From the NCBI GenBank assembly GCA_965287045.1, contig OZ336897.1:9610001-9674000 (forward strand): DNA of 64,000 bases, in the 5' to 3' direction. Below are positions 50,149 to 63,035 of this stretch, one piece after another; position 1 is the first letter of the stretch; each line of letters begins with the position of its first letter. Under the pieces are notes generated by a model, which did no database searches, had not been told where the DNA came from, and saw only the letters and a list, made by a program, of their open reading frames with translations. The DNA is from Carcharhinus amblyrhynchos (taxonomy: Eukaryota). Made by a program: the position numbers and the translations under genes.

Positions 50149-52419
50149 CCAATTTTATTTTATATACAGGCTGTAAGCCAGCAGGCGGCCTTTGGCTATC
50201 TGTTTTACTGGGCAGCTGGTCAATGACATGCAAATGAAGCCTAGATGTTAAAACTGACACCAACTTCCCTCCACTACAGCTTGTGGGCAGCCAACCTGTG
50301 TGCTGTATAGGGTTCCCACCTTGGAGTTAACATTTCCCCAAAAGTCTATGTTGCAAGAATATTGAATTGTTTCAAAACAATTTCAGTTTAATAGCATGTC
50401 CTCTCTCTTGATTTAATGGTAAGAATTTGAATCTGTCGCCTTCAAGAGAGACTGCTTTGGAATGGCGACAGGAGGACGAAAAGTTTGGACACAAAGACAA
50501 TTCATTTTGTTCAGGATCCCACCGTAAAACTTTCAAGGAGGCCTCCTTGTCTGTTCATTTTAACTTAACGATACCTAAACTGCAAAATACTTTCAAGTAT
50601 TTGACCCCTTTTGACCCCCACTAACCAGGACCTTTTGAAAACAGCATCCTCATTTAAAATCCAAAGTTATTCAGTGTTTGGAGAAGTATTAAAATTTACA
50701 AAAAAAAGTGCTATGTGGAGTTTTGAACCAATTTTGATTTAACTACTGGACATGGAATAAATTAATTCAAATTAAATGGTTTCAAAAATTACACTTAAAT
50801 ATAAATTTTGAAGGGACAGATTACTTTCCATTTCTTGGTTATTATCTCTTAACTTTGCTAGAATATTGAACAAATTTCCCTGCATAACATACCTTAAATA
50901 TTCCTGTACCACAATTTGTCACCTCAAGGTCCAACATATTCTTCACTTTACCATTATCATCAAAGCATCAATCTTGGTTCAATAAGGAGTCAAGGAGAGC
51001 ACACTTAAAAATGAGGTGAATATCTGGTGAAGCCACAATATAGGACTACAAACACGCTAAACAGCAGAAGGAACATTTTATAGACAGTGTTGTGCTCCGG
51101 CAATCAAAAAAGATCCTATGTTCTGCAGTCCTGTCACATCCAGTTGTGCATGATAGTGGGCAACTGAACACCAAGTGGAGGTGAAGGATGCTAGAAATAA
51201 AACCCGACACTCAAACGGACAGCATTTTAACTGAGTGTGGCATCAAGGAACAAACCAAAACTGATTTTATTGCAATCAAAAGGGGAAACTCTCCACTGGT
51301 TGTAGTCATAGTTAGTACAAAAGAAAGATGATTGCTTGCTTGGCGATCAATCATCTCAGCCCCAGGACATTGCTGCAGAAGCTCCTAGGGGTAGTGTAAG
51401 AGAAGAAATGTGAAAATATACTACATCTCTTCAGCTTGACCATTTGATTTCATATTTACATTTTCCATAGAGACTGTGATAGTTTTCTTACAACATTAAA
51501 ATAACACATTCATTTAGCTTGATCTTAATTTGGTTAAATGTAAACATTGCATGTCATAATTTGTTTGAAGTTAGGTTCATAGTTTAAAGAAACTGCAACA
51601 ATTCATTCATGGGAGCACTAGGCAAGTTCAATCTTAGCTGAAACATAGCAGAATCAAAGCAGCCTTTTGTAATAATCCTCCAAAAACCAATCCCAAAATC
51701 ATACAGAAAATAAAAACTATAATACCCAATTGATCTTTTGTATACAGGCAGTTTCTTAAAACCCAGATGAATAATGGCATACCAACTATCAGTACGAGTG
51801 CCAACTAATTAGATTTTCACCCTCAATTTAGCTACCTCAAACAAGTAACTGAATTACTGGTTTTATAAATCAAATACACATTGACATTATACATTTATTT
51901 CAAAGCAACCAAGTTTAGATTAAAACCTGCATGATAGTCATGTGGAAATCTACACTGCATGGGACGTCAGCATATCAATTCAATGTCAATACCTCAAACA
52001 ATTAAAAACTGAAGACTTCTCAAATGTCAAATTACTGGTGTCACTATCTGCATCCCTTTAAACTTGCAGTTATACTTGTGTGAAACACAACAATGTTAAA
52101 TATATCACAAAAATACAAGTTAGTCATACTTGCTTTAAAAAATTTGTTCTGTTTAAAAATGGAGAAGTAGTGAGTGTTAAATGAGGAACTCTAGTTCGAT
52201 ACATAATCCAAGCTGAAAAATCTTGGATGACTAAGCACCTCAGAGATCAATGAGATAACCTCAGCCTAGCTGCCTGCCTATCTCTTTTAAAACACACAAA
52301 CATTGGGGTGAATTTTCTCATTCTGCCCACCAGCCAAGGGGTGGGCCATGGAAAGGTCAAGTCCCACTCAAGGGCTTGAGCATAAAAGTCAAAGTCGACC
52401 CTTTAGTGCCTAATGAGGC

Positions 52420-52910
52420 CGCACTGTGCTGGGGGCACTGTTGGGGATGCCAATCTTTGGATAAGATGTTAAACTGAGGCTCCATCTGTCTGTGTGGATG
52501 TAAAAGATCCCCTTGGAACAATTTTGAAGAGCGGCATGGGAGTTATCCCTGATGTCTTAGCCAATATGTAGCACTTAAACCAATTACAGAAAAACAGATT
52601 AGCTGGTCATGACCACATTGGAGTTTGCTGGACACATTGGCTGTCATTTTCCCTACATTGCAACAGTGACAATGGGCTGAAAAATATGAATGTTGCTGAT
52701 TTTGTCTTATGGGGGAAAGCTGGAGGTCAGCAGGTAGGTGGTGGGATGGGTACCCACCCTATTTACACCCACCTTCCCCAGTGGCAAATATGTTTTGCAC
52801 GGGTACGTAAAATTCAACCTTATGTTTCAAAAGTACTTCATTGGCTCTACAGCACTTGGGGACATCTGGTAGTAATGAAAGGTTGTATACAATTACAAAA
52901 TTTTCTTTAC
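52420..52910 (+). mobile_element. Deu-domain SINE interrupted by a MITE-like element (52674-52820)
   Basis: GATGTTAAACTGAGGC...GTGGATGTAAAAGATCCC...ATTGGCTG...ACATTGCAACAGTGAC | insert | TTCAAAAGTACTTCATTGGCT. Confidence 0.75.
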
Positions 52911-53089
52911 ATGTTTTGACATTATTGTAATACTGCATTAACAGCTTAATAATATTTCATTTTAATTTTAGTGGCACACAAATAAAATTTCATTAGTCTT
53001 GACTATTCTGCTAATTCATTTCCCACTGAAGAAAACTGTAGGGGTAAGAAAATGGCACGTAGCACCTTGAAGTTTGGCCCTCTTATATC

Positions 53090-54250
53090 TTGGCTGTACC
53101 ACAATTAATCCACCTGTGTCTGAACATTGACTTTTTTTGTCTTAATTACCTTTTCTGGAAGATAATTCCAAAAATTTATTATGTTACCTCACATCTGTTT
53201 TATGTTCATTTTTCATTTTTGTAGACTTAAGGTCACTTTCCCTTTTTCCCCACCCCTTAAAGCATCTTTGTTCTAGAGTAGAGAGCTCAAGCTTTGCCAA
53301 GTTTTCTTCATATCATATCCCTTTTACTCTTATGATTAGTACTGTCCCTCTCCAAAATGTCTTTACAAAATGGTGACCAGTTCTCCAAGCACGACTGAAC
53401 TAATGCAGTGCAAAGCCTTAATACAATCTCAGGAAGCCAATATTTTACTGTGCTGAGGATGTATTTCAGCATTCCAATAGCCTTTAAAATTGCTTTGCCA
53501 TATTATCTATGGAATAAAAAAGGATCAGTCCACTCCTCTCAACTTTGTGTCTCCAAGTACTTTGTGAAAGGAATTTGATGCATTTTGACCAGCGTACAAC
53601 ACTGTAGATTTATTTTAGTTAAACCTTATTTGCCATTTCTATGCATATAAATGTTAAAATCTTCAACATCTTTTGCTGCATCGTCAGTTTTCACTACTTG
53701 TCCAACACAAATAGCGTCAATAACTTTGACAGGTTTCAGTTCCCAAGTTATTAATTTAAAACTAAAACAGGGCTCAAACCACCGATGCCTCTAGGACTCG
53801 ACACCTCCCACATATTCAATTATTACCTTGATCTCCTATTTTTTCAATTAACTTACTTTGGTTTCATGTTATTCTCTGTATAATTAGAGTCCTTCATCGG
53901 GAATTTGGCTAGAAGCTTTTCGGAATTCCCAAATAAGTTGCACCATAGGGAGATCCTCTACCTACCTCATTTGTAATGAATTTAAAAAGTTTGCTAGGAA
54001 TGAATTCCCCCTTCTGAATCCAATTTATCATGTTGTATGAGCATTCTTCCAGAGCATCCACTATACAACAGTTGCCATTATTTTACTTAAACAGTAATGG
54101 TTATGCTAATAACCTTGCAATTACTTGGGTCAGATTTGTTTTCCCTTTTTGAAATATATAGTTGCAATATCCCTCACTTCACTTTATGCAAAAATTTATC
54201 AGCGTAGAATATTTTCTTCATGAGAAAAACCAACTGCCTTCTAAATGTCC
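53090..54250 (-). mobile_element. Ancient CR1-like LINE fragment
   Basis: Degenerate antisense RT hallmarks (CCACCGATGCCTCTAGGAC, GAAGCTTTTCGGAATTCC, GGTGACCAG); no ORF. Confidence 0.5.
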
Positions 54251-54424
54251 TTCCCAGTCTTCAAAATCCGTGTCTATTTGCCATTTGCCTCTAGGGTTTG
54301 GATAGTCTTAATACTCTTTACATTATCTTTGTCCATACAGACTAAGCATCTCTATTATTTGGCAATAAATAGTATTCTGCTTTCTATCAGTGAAGCGGTC
54401 AGGTTGATCAACGTAACATATAGC

Positions 54425-54677
54425 CTAAAGTAAAGCTTATTTATTAGTCATAAGTAACATTACAATGAAGTTACTGTGAAATTCCCCTAGTCGCCACACT
54501 CTGCGCCCGTTTGGGTCAATGCACCTAATCAGCACGTCTTTCAGGTTGTGGGAGGAAACCCACAGACACGGGGAGAACATACAAACTGCACACAGACGGT
54601 GACCTAAGCCGGGAATCGAATCCAGGTTCCTGGCACTGTGAAGCAGCAGTGTTAACCACTGTGCTAACGTGCCACCC
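54425..54677 (-). mobile_element. V-SINE variant with alternative tail
   Basis: Reverse complement of 18005-18285. Confidence 0.82.
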
Positions 54678-54863
54678 TGCAGTTTGAATCACAGACCACT
54701 TTGGAAAACTTTGGTTTCTGTAGTACGTTTCATATTTCCATTCACTGCAATGGTTCCCTATGTCCTATAAATCAGATCTGTTCCAAAGGTCAAAGTGCAG
54801 TACAATTTAGAATTACAAAAGCTTTTGGGGAATGGGAACAGGTAAATGCTTTTTGAATGCTTT

Positions 54864-55299
54864 TAGGCTTGTACTCGTTAGAGTTTAGAAGAATGAGGGG
54901 AGATCTCATTGAGACGTATAAGATGATGAATGGGATGGATAGGATAGAGGTGGAGAGACTCCTCCCGCTCAAAAAAGACAGTAGGACTAGGGGGCACAGC
55001 CTCAAGATAAAGGGGAGGCGGTTTAGAACGGAGTTGAGGAGGAACTTCTTCACTCAAAGGGTGGTGAATCCCTGGAATTCTCTGCCCGTTGAAGTGGTGG
55101 AGGCTGCCTCGCTAAATATTTTTAAGAAGCGGGTTGATGGGTTCTTGATAAGAGAGGGGATTAAGGGTTATGGGGAGAGGGCGGGAAAGTGGAACTGAGC
55201 CACAACAGATCAGCCATGATCTTATTGAATGGCGGGGCAGGCTCGAAGGGCTAGATGGCCTACTCCTGCTCCTATTTCTTATGTTCTTATGTTCTTATG
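54864..55299 (+). mobile_element. Young CR1 3' fragment
   Basis: ORF 54857..55198; tail TTCTTATGTTCTTATGTTCTTATG. Confidence 0.94.
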
Positions 55300-57374
55300 A
55301 AATAAATGTTGGAGATACAATTCAATTGACATCTGAAAATAGAAAACAGGTTAGCTCACGTTTTGGAATGAGACTCCATCAGTTCCAACTGTAACTGAGC
55401 TGAATTCCTATCCTTTGCTGGCTGCAGTTTGAATGAGTGAAACATGTGTTGGGACAACGGAGTGGTATGGAAACAGTTCCCAACAGAGATATAAATAGGT
55501 CCACATCAAATTTGGTTCTCTGCAGGTTTATCAGGATATCAGATTAAAATCTCACTTTAACTTTGATGGGTGGAGAAACTAATTGGAAATTCACTTACTT
55601 CTTCAGCAACAAGGTTCAAGTTATTTCAGCTCCTGCACCTCTTTGATTCCCCTGTATAAATTCTCATTCATTCTGGATAGAATGTTGTGGCAATTGGATA
55701 GCGCAGAGGCTGCCTATTGATCAGGCTGTCTTGTACTCAGGAAGAAGCAATCCTGAACATCCACCTCCTCCTCACTCCATGAAGTTTTTAAAAAAAATCT
55801 TTAGATGTTTGGGATTCTTCTGGCCCTATCTTCTTGTCCTGTTGCCTTCCCCTGGCAGGAAAGCCACAGCAGCATTCTGCCAGCTCTGGGCAGGTGTCCT
55901 ATTTGGCTGATCAGTAGAGGTTAAAATATGACACAGTGATCTTAGTCGCTTCCCAAGGAGAAAGGAATCTGGGTAAACTGAACTGTCCACCAGCCCAGTT
56001 TCCATTGGGTAGTCAGGGTTAAATTTGCCCATCATTTCAGGTGGGCTGCTAATTGGATCTTGGTTATTTTAGATACAGAAATTAGATTTTGGGGTCATCT
56101 GAATTCATACACAAAAATAAATTTTTGCATATTAGCAGATACTGTGGAAAGACTAACGTTGTAAACCTTAAAAATAATGAATAATTTACTACATTTATCG
56201 AGACCAAGAAGGTCCTAGGTTTCATCTTTAAATAGTGCCAGGATTACGGATCTTAGCCATGATGGAAGTAACAATTTCAGTAAGCCCAAGTATTCTTGGA
56301 TTAAATGGTATCTGTTGGCTAGGGTTTCTATTCCATATTCTTCCAATCCAGAGATCCTTCGTATCTGCATATATGTGGAGATGGAGATAACAGCTGGGTC
56401 ATACTAACCTTGGAGGTCCTGCTAAATAGAATAGCCTGTTGATAATTGTTGTCAAGGCATGAGAGGGCAGTTTTAGCACAACCAACAAAAACTTTTAGAA
56501 AATGAAGGAAGAAAATCATAGTGCAGGGGGAGGAGGGGAAATCTAGTCAGGTGATCGGATCCACGACGATCATACAGAGAATAACTTCTACAAATATTCA
56601 GTGACAACAATATTGCAATGAAAAATATGCATTTCCTTCCTGTCATATAACAAGTGCACTCATCACAATATTTGCATTGTTCAAGTGTAAACATCTTGTT
56701 GGGAGAATTTCATGCTTCAACAACTTAGGCCAACAATCATTTCCTGTTCTATTAGATAAAGACTTTTTTCACCTCCAAATCAAATTGTAAACTTTACCAT
56801 AATGTCAAGTGCCTGGAAGCATTACATTTCAATCTTATGATTAAGCTACTGATATTGTATATGAGCATCATTTCAGAGGTTGCAAAAAAAGCTTTTTTTT
56901 TAAAGCAATACACCTGACTACACTTCAAAAATACTTAATTGTATACAAAACAGTTTGCAAATCCTTTCTTTCTCGAGCTCCAAAATCTGTCAAGACCCTT
57001 CCAAAACATTCCAGTCATCGATTATTGTATTAGTTAAATCATCCTCCTCAGCACGCAAGTCATCATGCACTGTCAAGAAATAAATCACTGCCATATATTG
57101 AACATATTCACAAATGTAACCATACCATAAGAAAGCTTTTTGAAGAAATACTCAGGTGCAGCACTAGCTGCATACTTACAAATGTTCTTTTTTTTTCAAA
57201 AAGCAAAACATTGGAGCTGGAATTTTCAGCTTAAAAATTTTAAATTCTGTAGTTTCTAAAAAAAGCAAAGTCAAATGAAGTTTAGTTCCAACACTATGAT
57301 TCTGAGTGCACAAAAACATCCAATGTTTTAAGAAAATAGATGGGTGGAATTTTTTCTTTCATCTCTTCAAGGTT

Positions 57375-58210
57375 TAAGAGCAACAGCAGGCTATTCAGCC
57401 TGTTGAGATTGCTCAGCCATTCAATAAAATCATAGCTAAATCGGATTGTGGCCTCAGCTCCACTTTCCTGTCTGTCCCTAATAACCTCAACTACCTTGTT
57501 GGTCAAATTCTAACCCCGTCTTGGTTGGAAGGATGGCAAGGTGACAGTGATTAGCACTGCTGTCTCTCAGCGCCAGTGACATGGGTTCAATTTCGCCTTT
57601 GGTAACTGTTTGTGTGGAGTTTGCACATTCTCCCAGTTTCTGTATGGGCTTCGTCTGAGTGCTCAGGTTTCCTCCCACACTCCAAAGATGAATGGGTTAG
57701 ATTGATTGGCCAGGCCAAATTGCCCCTTAGTGTCAGTGGGACTAGCAGAGTAAATATGTGGTATTATGGGGATTGGACCTGGGTGCGACTGTTGTCAGTG
57801 CAGGTTCGATGGGCCATATGGCCTCCTTCTGCTTTGTATGGATTCTACAATTCTATGAATATATTCAATGACCAGCCACTATTACTCCCAGAGGAAGAGA
57901 ATTCCACAGACTAATGACCCTCAAGGAATAAATTTCTCATCTCAGTCTTAAATGGGAGACCCATAATATTTTAAATGGTGTCCCCCCACAACAAGGGAAA
58001 ATATCCACTCAGTCAAGTGCTCTTAGGAACTCTACATATTTCAGTATTAGCTCTTAATCTTCTAAACTCCATTGGTATTGGCCCAACCTTTTCTCATAAG
58101 AATATCCCTTCCTTCTAAGGATCAGTTGGGTCAATGTTCTCTGAACCGCTTCTAACAGTTACATCCTTTCTTACGCGGATCAAAACTGTACCATGTAATC
58201 CATATGCAGT
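57375..58210 (-). mobile_element. Old CR1 3' fragment with a nested HE1-like SINE (+, ~57530-57857)
   Basis: CR1 3'UTR core GCCATTCAATAAAATCATAGCT; CR1 resumes at AATATATTCAATGAC...GAGAATTCCACAGAC after the SINE. Confidence 0.75.
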
Positions 58211-58289
58211 AACAAAAACAAGAGCAATTCCTATTCAGGGTTGGGATGGGGCAGGTTAGGGTAAGAAGTTTTGCATAGTTAAGACCAAC

Positions 58290-58902
58290 CTTCAACGCCG
58301 CTGATGCACTTCACACGATCTCGAACCTCCACATTGTAACCTTCAAAAGACATGAATACCCCATCTGGCCGGTACGTACCCCGTGGGGTATATACTTTTG
58401 AATAACTGTGGGAAAACTCAAATCTGTCATAGCCATCATACTGGGCAATTTTTCCATAAACATCAAAATATTTTTCAATCCAGGAGAAAGGTAGATAAAC
58501 TTCACTGCCTTCCTTTCGTCCTTTTATAGTATAGTCATCATTTATTAAGCAATCCATCTCCTCATATTTAAGACCCAACAGTTTGTTGGCATTGTTACTT
58601 AGAAGATTGGCTACAGGTGGAGCTTTCTGCTGTTCTTGATGGGATGCATCAGCTGATGGCTGTTTTGGTAGAGACTTTCCTACTTGCAGCAGGCTATTCA
58701 CATCATTGTTACCTTCAGAGTCAAGTCCCCGCTTTTCCAAACCTTCTCCTCTGAACAGGTCCTCCAGATGACCTAAGTCTCTTGGAAATTGGATTGCCTT
58801 ATCACTGGAGCACTTGTTCCACAAAAGTACGGTGACCAATGTAAAGAGAGCACAGATGATAATAAGAGTCTTGTAGTTAACTCGAGCTGCCAAGCACCGC
58901 AT
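58290..58902 (-). CDS. GLCE: D-glucuronyl C5-epimerase, first coding exon (613 nt)
   Basis: Translates [34 protein letters not shown]...[20 protein letters not shown], the GLCE N-terminus with a type II signal-anchor. Acceptor ttttttaacatag|G at 58916/58915, 13 nt of UTR, ATG at 58902, donor GAAG|gttggt after 58290 (phase 1). Confidence 0.97.
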
Positions 58903-58904
58903 AT

Positions 58905-58913
58905 TCACATCAT
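58905..58913 (-). promoter_or_regulatory. Micro upstream ORF Met-Met-stop
   Basis: Exon begins GT ATG ATG TGA AT ATG CGG; the uORF is out of frame and ends 2 nt before the GLCE ATG. Confidence 0.6.
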
Positions 58914-61410
58914 ACCTATGTTAAAAAAACATAAAATACAATCAACTAATCTAATATCAACTGATGGTGTTTCAGAATTTAAAAACTTGATAGACTCTCT
59001 TTTTAAAAAAAGCTTCAGTGTGCAACATATGTTTTCAAATTATGGTAGTCTAGAGGTTGTACTTCATTAAAACGATAAGATCCTTCAATAATTCGAGTGT
59101 TCATTAAAAAATCTTCTCTATATTTTGGAAGCTGGGTGCAGAACCATACCACAGCTCCACAGAAAACAAACATTCAGCAAAAGACCCAAAACCAAATAAT
59201 GAAAAGTTGTTTCTGTACCAAATTTCAAAAAGTACTGGTTAGATGGCAGCCTAATAATCTCATTGTAAGATGACAGGTTGCAATGACACTTTGCATTCAA
59301 TGCAACAGTTGTCAGTGTTTGGAGGGATGCAGGGAGGAATCTTCCTTTCATTTCAAGAATTTCCAAATGAAGTATGGTATTGCATTTGTACTACAAAAAT
59401 TGTTTGCCCCACCCCAACCATGTGTCAGAGACCAACCTGTTGTCCACCCATTGGGCAACTTCCCCAGTTTTCTCCTCATTGCCATTCTTCTGGGATCTTT
59501 TACAACACTAGCAATTTATTGAGTCATCAGCATCATAACCCAGTTCCTTGTGAATACGGATAAGATTGAAGTACTTATGTTAAATTTGTATTACATACTA
59601 GTTTGAGCTCAACCAGAGCACGGAGCGGCACTAGATGCATTGCTCATTTGGAAAACCATCACAGACATGATGGGCTTTCTATGCTGTAAACATCCTGTGG
59701 TTCTGTAAGTTTTACTTCATGCTGGATACTTAAAAGTTTGTCGTGTTTAAATATTACAAAATCTTGCATTAAGATTCTGTACAATATGTACACTCCAGAC
59801 AGATAAGAGGATAATTCCACTGTAGGTAATTGCCAAATATTATCTGAAAGCAGTTTCAATACATACAACACACAGATTTTGACAATTCAAACCAAAATAG
59901 TAGACAACTGCCAATTATTCTTTCCGGAACCTGATTAAATGTTGTTCCTTAACGGCCAGAACATGCAAATTACAGTTGCCAACAATACTGAAACAGTTTC
60001 TTCAAAATATCTGAATGCCACAATTAAAATTTCAAAAGCATAGATTTGAACGGTTTCTGCTGTGATTAAAGCTTACAATTATCTCTAAAAGCACTGTGGC
60101 TTTACACACATAAAAATTCTTGCATAAAAACAAGGTTCTTGATAAGAACCATTACAATTTTATCAGCTTACACCACCCCTACTTCAGAAGAAATGATCAT
60201 TGAACATTTATATAGTTTTATATAAGTCAATAAAAATGTGAAATTCAAAGGCACACATACAACACTTGAGTGCACAATACTACCACATCCATCAAGAATT
60301 GTTTCTGCAGGAATTAGTGACACAACTTCAATGTATTAAACATCAAAATGTTGCTTTAGAAGCTTAAAGATAAATAGGAAAGATTTGGCTTTGATTTTGT
60401 TGAGCTCATGTTGATGTTGTGATGGGATGCTACAGTTGGCCTTAGCGGCCCAAGGTTAGGGATGAAAAATAATCAGCATTTTCCAATTGCTGTCCAGTGC
60501 CTTTGATCACAAAGGCTTTATGAATACTGGAAAAAAAGACAGGCAGAGGGAAAAAAAGTAGCTAGTATCAGGCTGGCAAAAAACTTGCAGTAACTGGCAC
60601 AGATGAATTGAAAGGTAGCATGTGCAAGGTATCAGAGGAAAACCAGTGCCCAAGGAACTGTAGCCATGTAAAGAGGCAATGGTTCAAAATGGAACAATAA
60701 ATGGTAAATTATGTTTCATATAATAGTGCAATATTTAGTGTAAAAACACAATGGAATTTGAGAGATCAAATGACTCAAAACAACAAGCATGTTTACTCAG
60801 CTTTAACAGATCAAGCATTTAATTTTCTTTTAAAATCAAAAGTTATTTTTAATATTTCTTCATCACTGATAATTTAGTTTGTCTCTTGGGTTACTGAATG
60901 GCTGGAGAAACAGGTTTTAATGAGGTATGTACATTATCTATACAAGAATTCCTATCATTTTTTGGTCAGATGAAGAGTAGGACTTATTTTTTCTATCGCA
61001 ATATCTAATTACTCGCAATGAGACACCTACAGTCTCTAGGAGACGAGTCAGAACTAGCTACAATCAACAAATGAGACTACTTAAACTTGAAGTTCAAGTG
61101 GGTTAGGAGATACTGAACCAACAAATAACTTTCACAAACACTTCAGAAAGATACAACTCTTTGAAATAATTGATTGGATATATGAATGCATTCCTCTCTA
61201 CAAACACCATATAATCAAAACACGCAAAGGCTTTTTGAAAAATGAATTACTTTTCAAGTATATTAAAAGAAGTTTTTTTAAAAATCAATTGTCACTAGGA
61301 TCAAAAGCTCATTTCTGAGTGCTAACCCACCGAGCAATAAGAGTCTAATGTGTCCAATATCTCAGCTAGAATATCTGATGATGGTACTGTTCTCTGCCTC
61401 TAGCTTGCTT

Positions 61411-61548
61411 CATAAGTCTCAACACCAGGTTAAAGTCCAACAAGTTTAACTGGAATCATGAGCTTTTGGAGTACTGCTTCTTCATCAGATGATTGTGAGA
61501 CTTCTTACTGCACCCACCCCAGTCCAAAGACAGCATTTCCACATCATG
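61411..61548. mobile_element. Penelope pLTR-derived mini-element (family A)
   Basis: Minus strand CUGAUGA AGAAGCAGUACUCC AAAAGCUC (GAAA mutated); same terminus as 17457 and 45793. Confidence 0.7.
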
Positions 61549-62075
61549 TCTAGCTTGCTTGACAGAGAAATAAATACTGGATCCCTCTCTCAGCATGAAA
61601 GTTCCAATATCTGAATGACTACAGATGAGAAAGTCCATTTCATTTAATCTATCCAGCATATCCTATTGTCATCCAACTGTGGCATCCACAAGTTCTGTTG
61701 AGGATTTCAGATTTTTGCATCTATTTCTCTAAATGGAAGTTTACTTCTTGTGAGGAATTTGATGTTTGTTTTAAAATTACATTTTACTAGTTTGAACTAT
61801 CATCCTTAGATCTACTTTTACAGTTTGAGCCACACACTGGTTGTGTAATGCAAATTTGTCTTGGGCCACATTCATTGTCGAGAAAGCAAAGTTAACAACA
61901 AAAACCTTCAAAGGATGCAAATTCCAATCTGTAAAGTTCAAAGCTCATGCACAATAAAGCAAATCTCAGTCAAGAGAGGACACGAAACTATACATTAAAA
62001 CACTTGGCGATCCTGGAACAGTGCATCAAATCAAAGCATCACATAAGGAAACAAAATAGTTCATGTTAACCCCAT

Positions 62076-62380
62076 GGGGCGGCATGGCGGCTAGCACTGT
62101 TGCCTCACAGCACCAGGGTCCCGGTTTAACTCCGGTCTCGGGTCACTGTCTGTGCGGAGTTTGAACTTTGTCTGCGTGGTTTCCTCTGGGTGCTCTGGTT
62201 TCCTCCGGGTGCTCTGGTTTCCTCCCACAATCCAAAAATGTGCAGATTAGGTTGATTGGCCATGCTCAATTGACCCTAGTGTTAGAGGGATTAGCAGAGT
62301 AAATGCATGGAATTATGATTGGTACAGACTCGATGGGCTGAATGGCTTCCCTCTGTAATCTAGGGATTCTATGATTCTAC
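62076..62380 (+). mobile_element. HE1-like V-SINE with internal tandem duplication
   Basis: GGTTTCCTCTGGGTGCTCT GGTTTCCTCCGGGTGCTCT GGTTTCCTCCCAC: a 19-nt unit duplicated. Confidence 0.85.
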
Positions 62381-62807
62381 TCCCATCATCACCATCAGGC
62401 AACACCTTAATTTCAAAATGTAACAATTTTTCCCATACCCCAACCCCACACACAAAAAATCAATTGGAAACAGGCTTCCAGAAGTTTCATACACAAATCT
62501 ATTTATTCCTTGTGGCCAGATGTTTGTCCAAGCAATTATTTACCCAAGCACTATATTTTTTTATTAAAAAAAGCCACTAAATAAGTACTTTGGCAATGCA
62601 AAGTTAAGGCATCAGCTGAAATCAACATTCCTGAGCCAGTTTAAAGCCTTAGATAATTTACAATTTTTCCCCCGGAAGTAGTTTATAACATTTAAATGCT
62701 TTATTTACAGTAGCAAATAAAAATATTTGGCAGCAACAAAAGAATGAAAGGGTCCTGTGATGCCCCAGTGCATAGAAGTAATGTCTGAGTTTGAAATTGC
62801 TCCAATT

Positions 62808-63035
62808 GGATCTGCAAATTTCTAAATTAAAAACACTGGAAACACTCAAATCAGGCAACATCTATGGAGAGAGAAACAGAGTTACCACTTCAGATCAAAG
62901 ATCTTTAATTAGGATCTTTAATTTAATTTAATTTAGATCTTTAATTTAATTATTCTGTTAATTCCTTCCTTCCACAGAAGCTGCCTGACTTGCTGAGTGT
63001 TTCCAGAATTCTGCTTTTATTTTAACTTTCTAGCA
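62808..63035. mobile_element. Palindromic Penelope-like mini-element (family B)
   Basis: CTGGAAACACTCA..TCAGGCAAC...GCTGCCTGACTTGCTGAGTGTTTCCAG inverted arms around an AT-rich spacer. Confidence 0.65.

Noticed and set aside
58903-58908. ORF-track start at 58908 (MNM...)
   Set aside because: That codon is GTG; the homologous start is the ATG at 58902.
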